Shown here: positions 22,248 through 35,000 of the stretch, one piece after another
Layout of the letters: each line of letters begins with the position of its first letter
Position numbering within the stretch: position 1 is the first letter of the stretch
Source of the DNA: Candidatus Altimarinota bacterium
GTDB lineage: Bacteria > Patescibacteriota > Gracilibacteria > Absconditabacterales > Absconditicoccaceae
DNA: 64,000 bases
Direction: 5' to 3'
NCBI GenBank assembly: GCA_027046965.1
Contig: JALTWR010000002.1
Location: 9,537-73,536, forward strand
Notes under the pieces: generated by a model
Databases searched by the model: none
Seen by the model: only the letters and a program-made list of their open reading frames with translations
What the model was told of the DNA's origin: nothing
Program-made: the position numbers and the translations under genes

Positions 22248-24377
22248 ATGGCTTCTAAAAAAAGAAGAAGAAAAACTAAAAAGACTAATCAAATATCTTC
22301 TGCAAGCCTCTTAGCAATATTAGCTAGCTTCTTTTTTTTCTTTTTACTTTTTTTTGCACCCCAATCCCCTATACTAGCATACGTTATAGAAGCTGGCAAA
22401 TACATATTTGGAGAAAAAGGGACATTGGTATTTTTTGTATTGTTAGGTATTTACTGATACATACTTTTGCAACCAAAACAATCTATAAATAGGCCCTTTT
22501 TGAAACTTTTGATATTGACATTGCTTATCAGTATTTTGCTAAACTTCCCTTTGTTAACCAAAAAAATAAATGATATTTTCTTGGCTACTCCATATGGATG
22601 ACCTCTGGCATATTGAATACTCAAGGGAACTGCTCAAAATATATTCCAAAGTATATTCGCCACACAACTTTTTTTTATCATATTAACTTCAGCCTATATC
22701 ATATGGCTTGCCTGGGTATTTAAGATTTCATTTCATCTGCCAACAATCAATATACCTTCGAAAAAATCACCAAAACCTAGCTCCTCTAGCAAACATAACA
22801 AATCATCAAATTCCTCTCCTCAGGTCTTTTCTCCTCAACCAGAAAGACAAATAAACGAGATCATAAAAGCTTCTATAAAAGACAAAATAAAACATAAAAT
22901 CAAACAAAAACAACACCAAAAGATTACTATTAACTTCCCAGAAGAGGTACCTACTTTCCCCTTAACTTTACTAGAAGAATGAATATGAGATTACACCTCT
23001 CTGATCAATGAAGATTATTTAGTTAAAAAAGCAAGAGCAGTCCAAAAAAAATTAGAAGAATTTTGAATCAATGTTACAATTCAAGGGTTTAATATAGGGC
23101 CTACTGTAATTCAGCTAAAGATTCAACCACAAGCAGGTATTAAAGTCTCACAAATAGAAGGTTTGAAAAAAGATTTAACATTGGCTCTAAGAGCAAAATC
23201 TCTAAGGATAATAGCCCCTATTCCAGGTACCAATTTCATTGGAATAGAAATCCCCAATCCTCATCCAGTAATAGTAAGACTCAAAGACTTATTAGAAAGT
23301 CCTGAATTTAGTTTAAATATAGAGAAATCTACTTTGAATCTTCCTATTGGAAAGACCATCGCTGGAGAAAACTTCATCAAACCTTTAGAAGATATGCCTC
23401 ATTTGCTTGTATGATGAGCTACTGGATCGTGAAAGTCGGTAGGATTAAATAATTTTATACTTTCTCTTATGTATCAAAACTCCCCCGCCAATCTAAGATT
23501 TATAATGATAGATCCAAAACAAGTTGAATTAAGCTTATATGAAGGATTGCCTTTTTTGCTATCTCCAATTATAACAAATCCCCAGAAAGCAATAAAGGTA
23601 TTAAAATGGGCTGTAGCTCATATGGAAGAAAGATACAATATACTAAAAGAACACAAATCTAGAAATATAAGTGAATACAATCAAAAAACAAATGACAAAT
23701 CAAAGAAATTGCCAAGAATAGTAATAGTTATAGATGAACTAGCAGATTTAATGATGAGTTCATCTACCGGCAAAAAAGATACAGAAACAGCCATCACTAG
23801 AATAGCTCAAAAGGCTAGAGCTGTTGGTATCCATCTAATAGTAGCAACTCAAAGACCAGAAGTTAAGGTTATAACTTGATTAATCAAAGCTAATATGCCT
23901 ACGAGAATTGCCTTTGGAGTCACTAGTGCCATAGACTCTAGAACTATATTAAATAGTCAAGGAGCAGAGGATTTGTTGTGAAAAGGTGATCTTTTGTACA
24001 AAGATCCAGAGATCAAATATCCTATAAGAATGCAAGCCCCTTTAATTACCACTCCTGAAATAGAAAGAGTTATAGCTCACCTCAAACAAAATTACCTAAA
24101 AGATTTACCATCTGAACAAGTCTATCATCCAGAGATTATTCATATTTTGGAGGACAGATGAGAAACAGCTACAGGTACAAGTTGAAATGAAGAAGATGAA
24201 CAGCTAGTAGAACAAGCTATACAAATAATAATGGAAACTCGCAAAGCCAGTGCCACTCTTTTGCAAAGGAAACTATGAATATGATTTGCCCGTGCAGCAA
24301 GAATAATGGATATTTTAGAAGAGAGGGGAATTGTCTGACCACAACAAGGAGCTAAACCAAGGGAAATCCTGATCTAA
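22248..24377 (+). CDS. ftsK: DNA translocase FtsK/SpoIIIE (709 aa)
   Basis: Same-frame ORFs 22248..22457 (TM N-terminus), 23163..23414 and 23469..23879. Motifs: PHLLVGGATGSGKSVG (Gly partly TGA), [11 protein letters not shown] and [10 protein letters not shown] gamma-like C-terminus follows. Confidence 0.9.
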
Positions 24378-25510
24378 TATTTCACTATAATCTGTTCAAA
24401 ATTATTATTCTCCAATATAGCATTTTCTACTTTTTCAATCCCAATTTTGGCTTCAATCTTTTGTACAATATCTAGCCTAGCCTTAGTAGCTGGATGCTTA
24501 TCAGCTATCAAAGAACAACAGTCTGGCACCTTCCTTATGGAAATATCATATGTTCATATTTTTTGGGCTAAGCTTATTACTTCCCTTTTGTCCATTCAAA
24601 TCAAAGGAGCCAATACCGGAACTCAAGAAGCACTCCAAATTGTATAAATATTTTGCAATGTTTGAGAAGCCACTTGAGCCAAACTATCTCAAGGTACGAT
24701 AGCCTCAAGTTTATGTTTTTGAGCAAATTTAGCTCCAAGACGAAAAATAGATCTTTTGAACACAATCATTCTAAATCTAGGAGCCACATTTTGAACTATA
24801 AGAGAATTGATATCTTTATAAGAAAAAAAATATATTTTTGCTTCACCTTGATAGTTAGCAAGCTGTTTACTCAGATCAATAATTTTCTGTTTTATATCAT
24901 TAAAATCTCTTAAAGCTGGATTAATAGCATGAAAAAAATCAACCTTTAGCCCTCTTTTCATCATTAGCCAACTGGCAACAGGAGAATCGATACCTCCAGA
25001 AAGTAAAGCTAATCCTTTACCACTACTACCAATTGGCAACCCTCATAATCAAGTCAAAAGTTTAGTATAAATCAAAAAATTGCTATTGCCTACCTCAACC
25101 CAGATTTTTTGATCTGGATTTTTCAAGTCTGGCTTCAATCCAAATTTTTTGATGATTACTTCACCTAGCATTTTAGAAAGTTGTGGACTAGTGATAGGAA
25201 AACTTTTATTGGATCTTTTAACTTCCACCTTAAAAGTTTTATTTTTATCTAACTTTTCAGCCAATTTCAAAATAATAGAACTCAATAAATCCATATCCAA
25301 ATCTACAATTTTGACAGGAGCAAAATTAGCAATACCAAACGTGGTCTGCAAAACTTTTTCATTCACTCCTTCAACTATCAACTTACCATATTCCTTTTTG
25401 ATAATTTTCAACTCAGGAGCTTTTTGCATCAGATTGCGTAATAATAACCCTTCAAAATCTCTCCTATTTTTACCCTTTAAAGCTATTTCTCAAAAGTGAA
25501 TCAACCGCAT
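24374..25510 (-). CDS. thiI: tRNA 4-thiouridine synthase ThiI (378 aa)
   Basis: N-terminus MRLIHFGEIALKGKNRRDFE, a THUMP region (ORF 25049..25429) and the PP-loop motif LLSGGIDSPVASWL (ORF 24689..25039). Stop TAG at 24374-76 overlaps the convergent ftsK end. Confidence 0.85.
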
Positions 25511-25541
25511 TTTAATATTGTGCTTTGATAAAATTATTGTA

Positions 25542-26768
25542 TTATAAAATCACAAAACTTTTTTCCAAAATAATTTCTTGTATCTCCCCTCTAGATAAAG
25601 CTCCATCTAAGGCCACTTTTATATAATTTTGAGTTCGGCCTAAAGACTTATTATTTTTTACTTCTTCAATTAAAACATAATGTTTTTTACCTATATTGTC
25701 ACCGATAAACTTTTCTCTGATGGAACCAGCAAGTTTCAGCAATTTTTTTTCTCTACTTTTTTTCACAAGTTGGGATATTTGTTGTGAAAATTTAGAAGCT
25801 GGCACAGTTTCTCCAAAGAGATGAGGAGAAAATGGAAATACATGCAATTTTGAGATATTGAATTCCTTTACTTTGCGATAAGTAATTTCAAAATCTTTTT
25901 CACTTTCTCCAGGGAATCAAACAATAATATCAGCTCAAAAGCTTATAATATCTTTATCTGCTCTCCTTAGGCTGGCAAATCTTTCAAAGATATTCTCCAG
26001 AAGTCAAAGGTCATACTGTCTTCTCATATTAGATAAGACATTATCCGAAAAGCTCTGGATAGATATATGAAAATATGGTAAAATTCTTTCATCTTCGATG
26101 ACCTCAAAAAAATGATCATCCAGGAACTCTGGCCCCAATGAAGATATCCTGATTCTTGGAATATTGGTCCTTTTAATGATTAATTCAAGGAGAGAGCCTA
26201 ACTTGGCTTCTTGAGGTTTTTGTGTACTGCTAGCTCACCAACTAGCTAAATTAACTCCTGTAAGAACAATCTCTCTACCTCATTGGTCTTGAAAAGTTAA
26301 GATTTCGTCAATAATCTGCTCAGCGGGCCTAGAATAATGCTTTCATCTTTTGGATACAGTAAGACAAAAACTACACCAAGTATCACAACCTGACTGAATA
26401 ACCACAAATTTTTTAGTAAAAATATTTTTTTGCTTTTTAGTAATAAGAAGGTCTTCTGGCGGTGACTCAGGCAACAATACAATTTGTCATTTCCATTTCT
26501 CCAGCATTGGATAGATTTTGAAAAAAGCATCTTGAGCCATAGCGTCACCTCTATCAAAAGCTCCGCATCCAGTCAGATACACCTTTTTACCGGATTGCAA
26601 ATATCATAAAATTTCTTTGATTCGTTTTTTCTTAGCTCTATCGGTAACTACACAGCTAGCAACCAATACACTATTTTGTAAATCACAATCTTGGCTAGAA
26701 TCAAAATAATTTAGCCATTTATTTAAAAAATACTTGTTAACTTTACATCAAAAAAGCTTGTGCTCCAT
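25542..26768 (-). CDS. mtaB: Radical-SAM methylthiotransferase, MiaB/RimO/MtaB family (MtaB-like, 408 aa)
   Basis: N-terminal UPF0004 motif MEHKLFGCKVNKY. Radical-SAM cluster IQSGCDTWCSFCLT. The C-terminal TRAM-like part equals ORF 25542..25847. Confidence 0.8.
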
Positions 26769-26774
26769 AAGAAA

Positions 26775-27467
26775 CTATGAGTTGTCTAAATATGACCTTA
26801 CTACATCAAATACCTTTTGAGCCATCTCCTCTTGTGTCAAAAGATTACCATTCTCATCCTCTCACTTCACTATAACGTAATTGGCAAAATAGGACGGTAA
26901 AATTTCTTCTCAAACCTTAATAGCCATCTTTTGATGCAAAACATCAGATTCAGCTATATCAAGTTGAGCACCTATATAATTACGCTCTTGCTGCATTTTG
27001 TAATATAGCAATTTTGTAATATTGTCCATGCTCAAAGACAAAAATATTATAAGATCAGGAATAGGCAATCACGCCCTTTCAAATTCCCATTCCCAAAGCC
27101 AATCAAAAAATTCTTGCAGTTTTTTTGATTCTCCTTCCATTAAAAATTTCACCCCCCTATGTACAAAATTTGCAGTAGAATACCTATCTGATACTACCAC
27201 ATCTTTAGAATTTATCAATCCCAATATATTAGACTTATGTGCAAATCTATCCAAGGTATAAAACGTTGAAGCAATATAAGGGTCAATATCATCCAAAGCC
27301 CCAAACTCACCTCTTAAAAACCTCCTAACAAATTCGCTACTCCAACTATCATACATTGGAAAGGATAAGGTTCCTACACTTTTACCCTCTTTGATTAAGT
27401 TTTTAACCAATAGCCTAGTTTGAGTAGCCTTTCAAGTACCGTCAACACCTTCTATTACTACGAACAT
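26775..27467 (-). CDS. tmk: Thymidylate kinase (230 aa)
   Basis: MFVVIEGVDGTGKATQ P-loop, with the P-loop Gly encoded by TGA. ORF 27069..27410 carries ...VVSDRYSTANFVH. Stop TAG at 26775-77. Confidence 0.85.
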
Positions 27468-27530
27468 ATTACTATGCTTGGATTTGTAAACAACTTAAGC
27501 AATATTACTTTTTTTATGCCTTATAGCAAC

Positions 27531-27557
27531 AAAAAACTCCGCCACTTAGGACGGAGT
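27531..27557 (-). terminator. Rho-independent terminator after the RRM gene
   Basis: Minus strand: ACTCCG-10 nt-CGGAGT followed by TTTTTTG. Confidence 0.55.
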
Positions 27558-27593
27558 ATTTCATTTTGATTTTTGTATTATAAGGACATCTTA

Positions 27594-27884
27594 TTATTCT
27601 TCACTAACTTGTTCTTCTTGAGGTTGTCTTTCAACTGCATAATCTACTCTAATTTTCCTTCCATCTACTTCTGCTTCATTAAGAGCTTCTTTGGCTTTAG
27701 CTGCATCTTCTTCATTAGCAAATTCAACAAATCCGAAACCTTTACTCCTACCTGTGTCCCTGTCTCTAATTACTCTAGCGAAAACAACTTCTCCATATTC
27801 ACCAAAAATGTCCTTTAGAGCTTGCCAGTTAATACTCCATGGCAAGTTCCCAACAAATAATTTTTTACCCATTTGTATAACCAT
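27594..27884 (-). CDS. RRM-type RNA-binding protein (92-96 aa)
   Basis: RNP2 KLFVGNL and RNP1 KGFGFVEF motifs. The ORF is intact, with no TGA. The start is either ATG 27884 or ATG 27872. Confidence 0.85.
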   Translation of the reverse strand: MVIQMGKKLFVGNLPWSINWQALKDIFGEYGEVVFARVIRDRDTGRSKGFGFVEFANEEDAAKAKEALNEAEVDGRKIRVDYAVERQPQEEQVSEE

Positions 27885-27961
27885 AATATAACCAAATAAA
27901 ATATGCCTAATAGGCTAATAGCTAGCCTACTTAAATAAAACCATATTGCAAGAGATTTTTT

Positions 27962-27991
27962 AAAAAACCCCTCGCCGATTAAGACAAGGGG
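27962..27991 (-). terminator. Rho-independent terminator after the Cys-rich secreted protein gene
   Basis: Minus strand: CCCCT-loop-AGGGG followed by TTTTTT. Confidence 0.45.
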
Positions 27992-28006
27992 CTATAAGCT
28001 AAACCT

Positions 28007-30946
28007 TTACCAGCTTTGCTTTTGAACCTCTTCCAAAAGATCTAGCACTCCAGGAGGCGGTAACAGCCAGAGTCTTGGATTAGTTATGACTTTCAAAGAT
28101 GCACCTTTTACTATTAACTCATAAACATTAAATGTGGAATTCCATATATTTCCCAAGATAGACCTACCGTTTTCTGTAAGAGTAACAATGCCATTTCATA
28201 TTAGGATACCTTTCACTTCTAGATCTCATCTTTTGGACCAACTCTTGTTTAAGTCATCATTGCGAATTCTAGTTTTTTGGAAGCCATTCTTTGCAATATA
28301 TATACCTTCCACTTGTTGCAATACATCTGTATTTAATGGGTCAAAAACAATGGTTCAATTTACCAACCACATACTGGAACCCTCAATGTCTCATTGAATC
28401 TTTAAATTTCCATCAATGATAAAGGTTGTAGGTTGGCCTAAACTAACATCTCCAAAGACCACATCCTCTGCAGTATAATATATTTCTGCTCATCTAGCTT
28501 TTTGCCACCTTACTCCTCATAGTGAAATATCCGATCAAATAAATATATACTTAGTTTTCAGTTTTCATATAGATTCTTCGATCTTATTTGCATCATAATT
28601 TGCAACGGTTATCAACTCTATATTGTCTTTTTCTTCTGTAGATAGCATAGAAGTTCAATCTATTTTTTTGAAATCATCGAATTTTTCATTTTCCGTAGTA
28701 GAAACAAAGCTACCAAGTTGCATCATATAAGGCCTTGTTACTACAAAATTCATTAAACATTCCCTTCCATAATCATTAGAAGGAGCCCAGTTAGCTGAAG
28801 CAGTTGCCCACTCATAATATTCATTACCATCTTCATCGGTATACTTTTGACATACCTTGGTTCATTTAATATCTTCAAATTTAATCTTATATTCACCATA
28901 TGTACTTAAACCATTTAATTTAACTCCAGCCAGTCCATCTTTATATATCCAAAACAAAGAGTTCTCCAATCAGTAATCATTTAAAAAGTCTTTAAGTAAG
29001 TTAGCACTAGACAGTCTAGTCATATCAGCATTAAAGCAGGACTCTTCCAGTCTCTTAACAATCCCTCCATTACCATCAACTATATCAAAATAACATTTTA
29101 GACTCCTTCTTTCCCACTTACCTAAATTATCCTCATTACATCCTCCATCTGCTATATTATTTCAGAGAGTATTTTTGTCTACCTTCCACCAAAAGAACAG
29201 ATATTCATTTGACATAATTGATGGAGGATCCACCCATGCACATAATGGAGCTCTTTCACTTACAAGTTTACAATCTGAAGTACACCATATAGCATTCTTA
29301 GTAGGTTCACCGTTCTCATCAACTTCTGACGGATCACATTCCTCACCATTTCCGGCTTGTACTATACCATCTCCACAATAGCCTCATCAGCCTCAACCTC
29401 ATCAACCTCAGCCTCTCCTAACTAATTCCACCCTACATTGAGTAGGAGCGTCTGTATACTTCAAATCAGCACTAGCATTAATACTACACCATATATAATC
29501 AGGAAGATCTGTATTATAACTACCTGATACAACATCCTCGCTTGTTCAATTTACAATATTTTCAGCCAATATCCTTTTGTCTGTACCAGCACTACTATCA
29601 GCTTCATAAACTCTAACAACACTAAGAGTCCCCTGTCATTTACATTCAAAATATACTGTCTGATCTCATTCGAGTTCTAATCTAGACACTTGCTGTAAGT
29701 TATCTTTTGATACCCCTACCTTAAGATATTCACAACTAGCAGGCTCCCCGCCTCATCAGCCTCAACCACCACCTTCACTCCTAGAAGCACTACATGATGT
29801 AGCACTACCACCTATCTCACATTGCCAACTTACAGATTGACCAGGCTGAGGAAATGGCACAGGATAAGGATTAGGATCACCTACTTCACAAAAATAACCT
29901 GTTCCTGTTTGAGGCCAGTCACTAACATCTGAACCAAAGTTTTGTCAGTTAGCAGGTCCACATCTTGGCTGATCTCCAGGATTAGCTTGATCATATACTG
30001 TTACAGAAGCCGTACAAGTTGAAGTAGGTCTTACAACTCAGTCGGCTATTGGAGAGATATTGTTTTGAACTGTTGCTTTTAATATGAAATTTCCTGTTTG
30101 AGAATAAGTATGAGTCAGAGGGAAAGATGGGTTATCAACTATATTGGAATCTCACAGATCCACCATCACATATTTTGCCCAATCTTGAGTAGTAGCGTTT
30201 ATTGTAGTCGTCAAAGGAACGGTTCCTGAAGGTGGATTGGGAGATAATGTACAAGTCGGTGTTTCAAGCTGACATGTAGAGCTACAACCATCTCAATTTA
30301 CATTATTTCAATCATCACATTGCTCTCAGTTATCGGCATCAACATTTCAGTCTCCACAAAAATGAATGTATATATTAAAACATTCGTTTTGAGAATATTG
30401 TATATCACCCCATATTCTTTTAGTTTGATCCTCTAATTGATACTCTTTATAGCTACCATTTTGAAATCTGTAATAATAATAATTACTTGTTTGTCACTGC
30501 TGTTTACCTTTTTCTCTCTTGTAAGCAATCTTATATACTATTTGTGCATCAGGTAATGAAGCATTCACTCCTTTTTGCTTATAAAGTGTACATCCCTCAC
30601 TTCATACTACTACCACATCATTTATGCTACCTACTTCCGTTTTAGAGGGGACCACATTAGAAACCCTATACCAGTAGCCACACCCCATAATAGAATCTGT
30701 ACCATTTTCCCAAATTGTAACACTTGTTTCCTGGTTTCTTATAAAAAGCGTGTCAGAAACATTGGAAATCAAATCTATAGGATAAATAGTCTTAGTAGTA
30801 CTATCAATATAATAATGAGCATCTACATTTGCTTCTGTACAATTTTGCTCAAAATCTCATACGTTTTGGGTATATGTAGTTTGAATAGCAAAGGTGAAAG
30901 AAATCCAAAAAGGAGTTAAAAGAAGTAATTTATAAAGCTTACTCAT
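28007..30946 (-). CDS. Secreted protein (979 aa) with two Myxococcus-type cysteine-rich repeats, a PKD-like module and poly-Gly linkers
   Basis: The track shows no standard-code minus ORF of 60 aa or more here, yet the code-25 frame is open over 980 codons.
- Signal peptide: MSKLYKLLLLTPFWISFTFAIQ.
- Cys-rich repeats: [33 protein letters not shown] and YCGDGIVQAGNGEECDP...CTSDCKL.
- C-terminus: ...PPPGVLDLLEEVQKQSW, stop TAA at 28007-09. Confidence 0.8.
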
Positions 30947-31181
30947 CAGTTTGAGGTAAAGATTTAAAATTTAAATTAGGTTTTATCTCAGATGCTTGAA
31001 TCTCTTTGTATGTTTTTCCTGAATTTATGGTATCAGCGCTCTGCTTTATTTGTACCTGCTGTAAAATATATCCATTAGAAGTTTTTTTGGACAGTCCAAT
31101 AAGCAATATCAATATTATAATAGCTAGTAAAATTACTACAAAAAATATATTATACCCTTTCTTTTTGTTTGAGGAATTCAT
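30939..31181 (-). CDS. Small single-TM membrane protein (80 aa)
   Basis: Intact track ORF. KKKGYNIFFVVILLAIIILILLIGL is a TM segment. It overlaps the GT2 gene end by 32 nt and the downstream gene start by 8 nt. Confidence 0.5.
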   Translation of the reverse strand: MNSSNKKKGYNIFFVVILLAIIILILLIGLSKKTSNGYILQQVQIKQSADTINSGKTYKEIQASEIKPNLNFKSLPQTDE

Positions 31182-32040
31182 GATACGAAATATTATTATC
31201 TAAAAACTTACTTGGAGAGCTCCTAAATTTTGAAATAATGTCTTTTTTTAAGTTTTTAGAGATTTTAAGAACTCTTTTAAAAATGTCAAGCCCTTTTGAG
31301 TTTTTAATAAGTTTATCCAGAAGTACATTGCTAAAACGCGTAGTTCTCAAGTAGAGATACCAAAATACTAACTTATTAAATAAAACATCTTCAGATATTA
31401 CTTCAAACCGCTCAAATGATTTTTCAAAACGGTGGGAAATTTTGACTGAACTTATAGCAATTTTATATCCCATCATATTGGCCCTCCATCAAAATTCTAT
31501 ATCTTCCAATCACCATCATATAAAATATTTGTTAAATCATCCTATTTGTTCAAATACCCTTTTAGGGGTAAAAATAAATGCTCATCATATAGAAGGTACT
31601 CAGAAATAAGGAGGAGATACATATTTCCATCATCATTGTAAATCATAATCTTTTATGGTTAATATGTTACCTACATAATCAGGATTTCTTAAATCTGATA
31701 TACTTGCCCCCACTATATGTTTTCCCTTACTCAAATCTACTAACTCAGAAAGCTTTCAAAAGTCCCAATAAATATGTGAATCTAAAAACAGTATATAATC
31801 CCCTTTAGCCGACCTAGCTCCCTGATTTCTGGCATATGCAGGACCTCTAGATTTATCTATGACAAGTTTTTTTATTCTTCAGTCAAAAGATGAAGTTATT
31901 GGTAAATGCTGATTATCTCAATCATAAACCAGTATAATCTCATCAATCAAATATTTATCTGGTATTCTTAAAAATAAGGAGTCTAAGGTGATGTCTACCC
32001 ATCTACCTTCATTTCTAATAGGTAAAACAATACTAATCAT
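31150..32040 (-). CDS. Family 2 glycosyltransferase (296 aa)
   Basis: Code-25 translation: MISIVLPIRNEGRW...SRGPAYARNQGARSAKGDYILFLDSH...GLEDIEFGWRA. These are GT-A fold DxD-type motifs. In frame with ORF 31150..31476. Confidence 0.85.
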
Positions 32041-32066
32041 ATCACATAATTATCTATAATAAATCG

Positions 32067-35000
32067 TTATTCATCTATTGGAGAACCCGTAGGCCTAGGT
32101 GGAGGAGAAGGAGCGGCTGTAGGTTTAGTAGTAGGTACGTCTGGAGAAGGAGGAGTAGGTGTTGGAGAAGGGGTCGGAGGAAGTGTTGGTCACTCAGTAG
32201 GCTTTGTAGTAGGCTGTTCTTTCCTTCTTTCATGTGGTTTACGCTCGTAATCCACACCTCATATAGCATAAAGCCAATCCATTCATTGATCGGGAACTAC
32301 ATCTATCGTATTAAGTTCACCTCCCTGAATTTGGTCTATAGCAACTTCCACTTTCCCTATACTTTTAACTGTAGATGGAGTTTTGGATAGTTCTCCTTTA
32401 AAATATACCCATCATCTGGCGCTTTGTCCATCTGAAGCAGCTGTCAAAGTAGATTCTTGCAATAGTCTATATCATCTGGTGGCAATATTTATCTCAGCAT
32501 CTCTTTTTCCTATCGTATTTTCCTTCTTGGCAATCACTACCTTCTCCACACGGTAACCAACCGTAGGATTAATACACTCACCATAAAGATAATATACTGG
32601 TTTGCCATATATTCTTAATTTTACCTCTCATCTAACTAACTCTTTCCCCATAAATAACTCAAGAATTTCCTCCTTAGATGAAGTGTTCACGTCCATATAT
32701 TGGTCAATTCAATAGTTTTTTAATACAGATTTTAGCAAGTCTTGAGGCATTTTTTCTAGTATTTTTCTAGACAATACCAAATCATTCAACTCAACAACCC
32801 TTCATTCCAAAACATCACCAAATCCATGAGGCAAAAGAGAAAAACTCTCTTCCTTTGATCTTTTCGTATATACCAAAGAAGCTACTATACTTTCATCGTA
32901 TGCTCTATTAGATGAAGATACATCTATCTTATCAGGATTAATAGAGCTGACAATATTGCTAAGTCTATTTGCTATATCTTCTCCCCAATTTACCTTTATA
33001 TGGTTAACAAATCCTTCCTTTTTAATTTCTAGCATCTCCCTACCTATACTTTCCTTAGTTTTTTGATCTATATGTTTTCATTCTAAATCTTCTCCAAGCA
33101 AATATTCATCGGTCAATGTCCCTTTAACAAATAATGCTAATGCATAAACTAGAGCTTCTCTATCTAAAGATCTTATCCTTTGCATGATATTATCTGTAGA
33201 GCTGATTCATAATTCTTTAGCTTTGGGACTATCTAACATTTTTTGAAGATTATCAACTGCAGCTGACCAATTCTGCTCTTTGTAAGCATTAATAAAATTA
33301 TAGTATTCATCAAACATATTTAATTTCGCCAAAGCTAACTTGTGCTGATCCACAAATTTTGAAATGTCCTTAACTTTGTCTAAAGACTCAATTTTGGATG
33401 GAGCTAGTATTTCGTATTTCCTCTCAAAGTCAGACATAACTTCCCCTGAAGCAGTTTGCTCCAGATTAACATAAACTAGCTGCAATGGATAGCTTCACAC
33501 CTCATAAGTTATCTTAATTCAATCTGGTCAATTAAAAACATTGATATCTCATCTATGAGATGGAATGACCAACTTACCATCAACTATTTTCAAATTTTCA
33601 TCTAAATCTGCAGACTTAACATCTATTCATAAGACTTTTGAAAGACTAGTTAAATCGATAACAACTCCATCAGATGTTATCTCTATCCCATTTTTTAGTT
33701 CTTCTGGGAGCTGCAAACTGTCAGCCTCATCTTGTGATTTATATATTTCAAATCAACTATTTTGAGTCTTTGAGGTGTCGCTCTGATAATCAAATTCAAT
33801 AATATCTTTGGTGCTTCCTTCCTCTACTGTATATGATATTGTGCCATCTTTTTTAAAGATAACAACCCTACTTCATAACGGAACTTCCTCACCTTTGATC
33901 TCAATAGTTTTATTTTTCTCATCAACTACCATATGCTCATTCAAAAATTCAACAGCTTCAGAAGGAAGATTTTCAAAGTTCCTAAATAATTTTTCTCCTC
34001 CATAAGACACCTTCTCAGGAGTATAAGAAAATATTTCAATATGAGTTTTACCATCAGCGGAATCATCAATCACAAGTTCTTTTATATTTTTCAATATTGG
34101 ATCTACCACTAATTGAATGTTTTTATTTTTTAATCCTCTTCTATACAATTTAACTTTTTCTGTATTTCCAAGTTCTTTTCCATTTTCTATAACTTTAACA
34201 AAAGGTGCTGTGATAAACAGTGATCAATCTTTACCAACCATAAACAAACCATACTTACCATTTTCTGGGCTATAAGATCTTTCACCCTTAAACAAACTCT
34301 CCAAAAACAATTTAGCCTCATCAGAAATATTTATTTGCGACAAAATTGTATCTTTAATCTCAATCGTTTCTCCTTGCTTAACTTCCACGCTCAACTTCTC
34401 TTCTCAAATCTTACCATACTTACCGTCAAAATTCAACAATTCCTTAAGCTTTTGAGGAGAAACTCACAATTCAGTTGCTGCATCTTTTAAATTTTTATCT
34501 ACACCAGCTTTAAGCAATCATGGCATCCATTTTATGTCTGTGGTTCAATAGTTTCATCTAATAGTTATTATTTTATCACCTACTTTGACAAACAAGGCAT
34601 TTTTACCAACCTCGGCGTTTCACACCTGCTTATACTCAAAAACTCCTCCAATTGTTTTCATCTCATCAAAAACTTTTTTTAAATCTTCAGGTTTTGATAC
34701 TATCCCCAAGTCTATCATATATCCAACCACCTCTTTTACTAGTTTGTCTGCATCTATGTTGTATCTTTCATTTTTATCAAAATCTAAATCATGCTCTTCC
34801 TCCCCCAAAAAATTCTTAACTCACCTAAGAGACAAAAATCTTTTTTTAAATTGTTGATACTCTCTAGTGCTCATAAGACTTTCCAAAGTCACTTTACTTG
34901 ATTCTGACAATACATCATTTAAGCTTTCTCATTTAACCCTCAAAGGTTTTACTATTTCTGCCTTCAAATTTGCCAACTCTTGTTGGATTTCTTCTGTGGA

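Noticed and set aside
26297-26557. 86-aa minus-strand track ORF
   Set aside because: It is out of frame with the radical-SAM gene 25542..26768, whose code-25 frame contains the GCKVN and CDTWCSFC motifs. It is a shadow ORF.
30900-31145. Apparent 1-nt disagreement between my base counting and the ORF-track coordinates, which could suggest a frameshift or pseudogene
   Set aside because: Using the track coordinates, all three overlapping genes are in frame: 28007..30946 is exactly 980 codons. The disagreement is most likely my own counting error in A-runs at line breaks.
32075-32269. 64-aa Leu-rich minus-strand ORF
   Set aside because: It is an alternative frame across the Pro/Thr-rich tail of the 1092-aa gene. 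It is out of frame with the five upstream fragments and has low-complexity composition.
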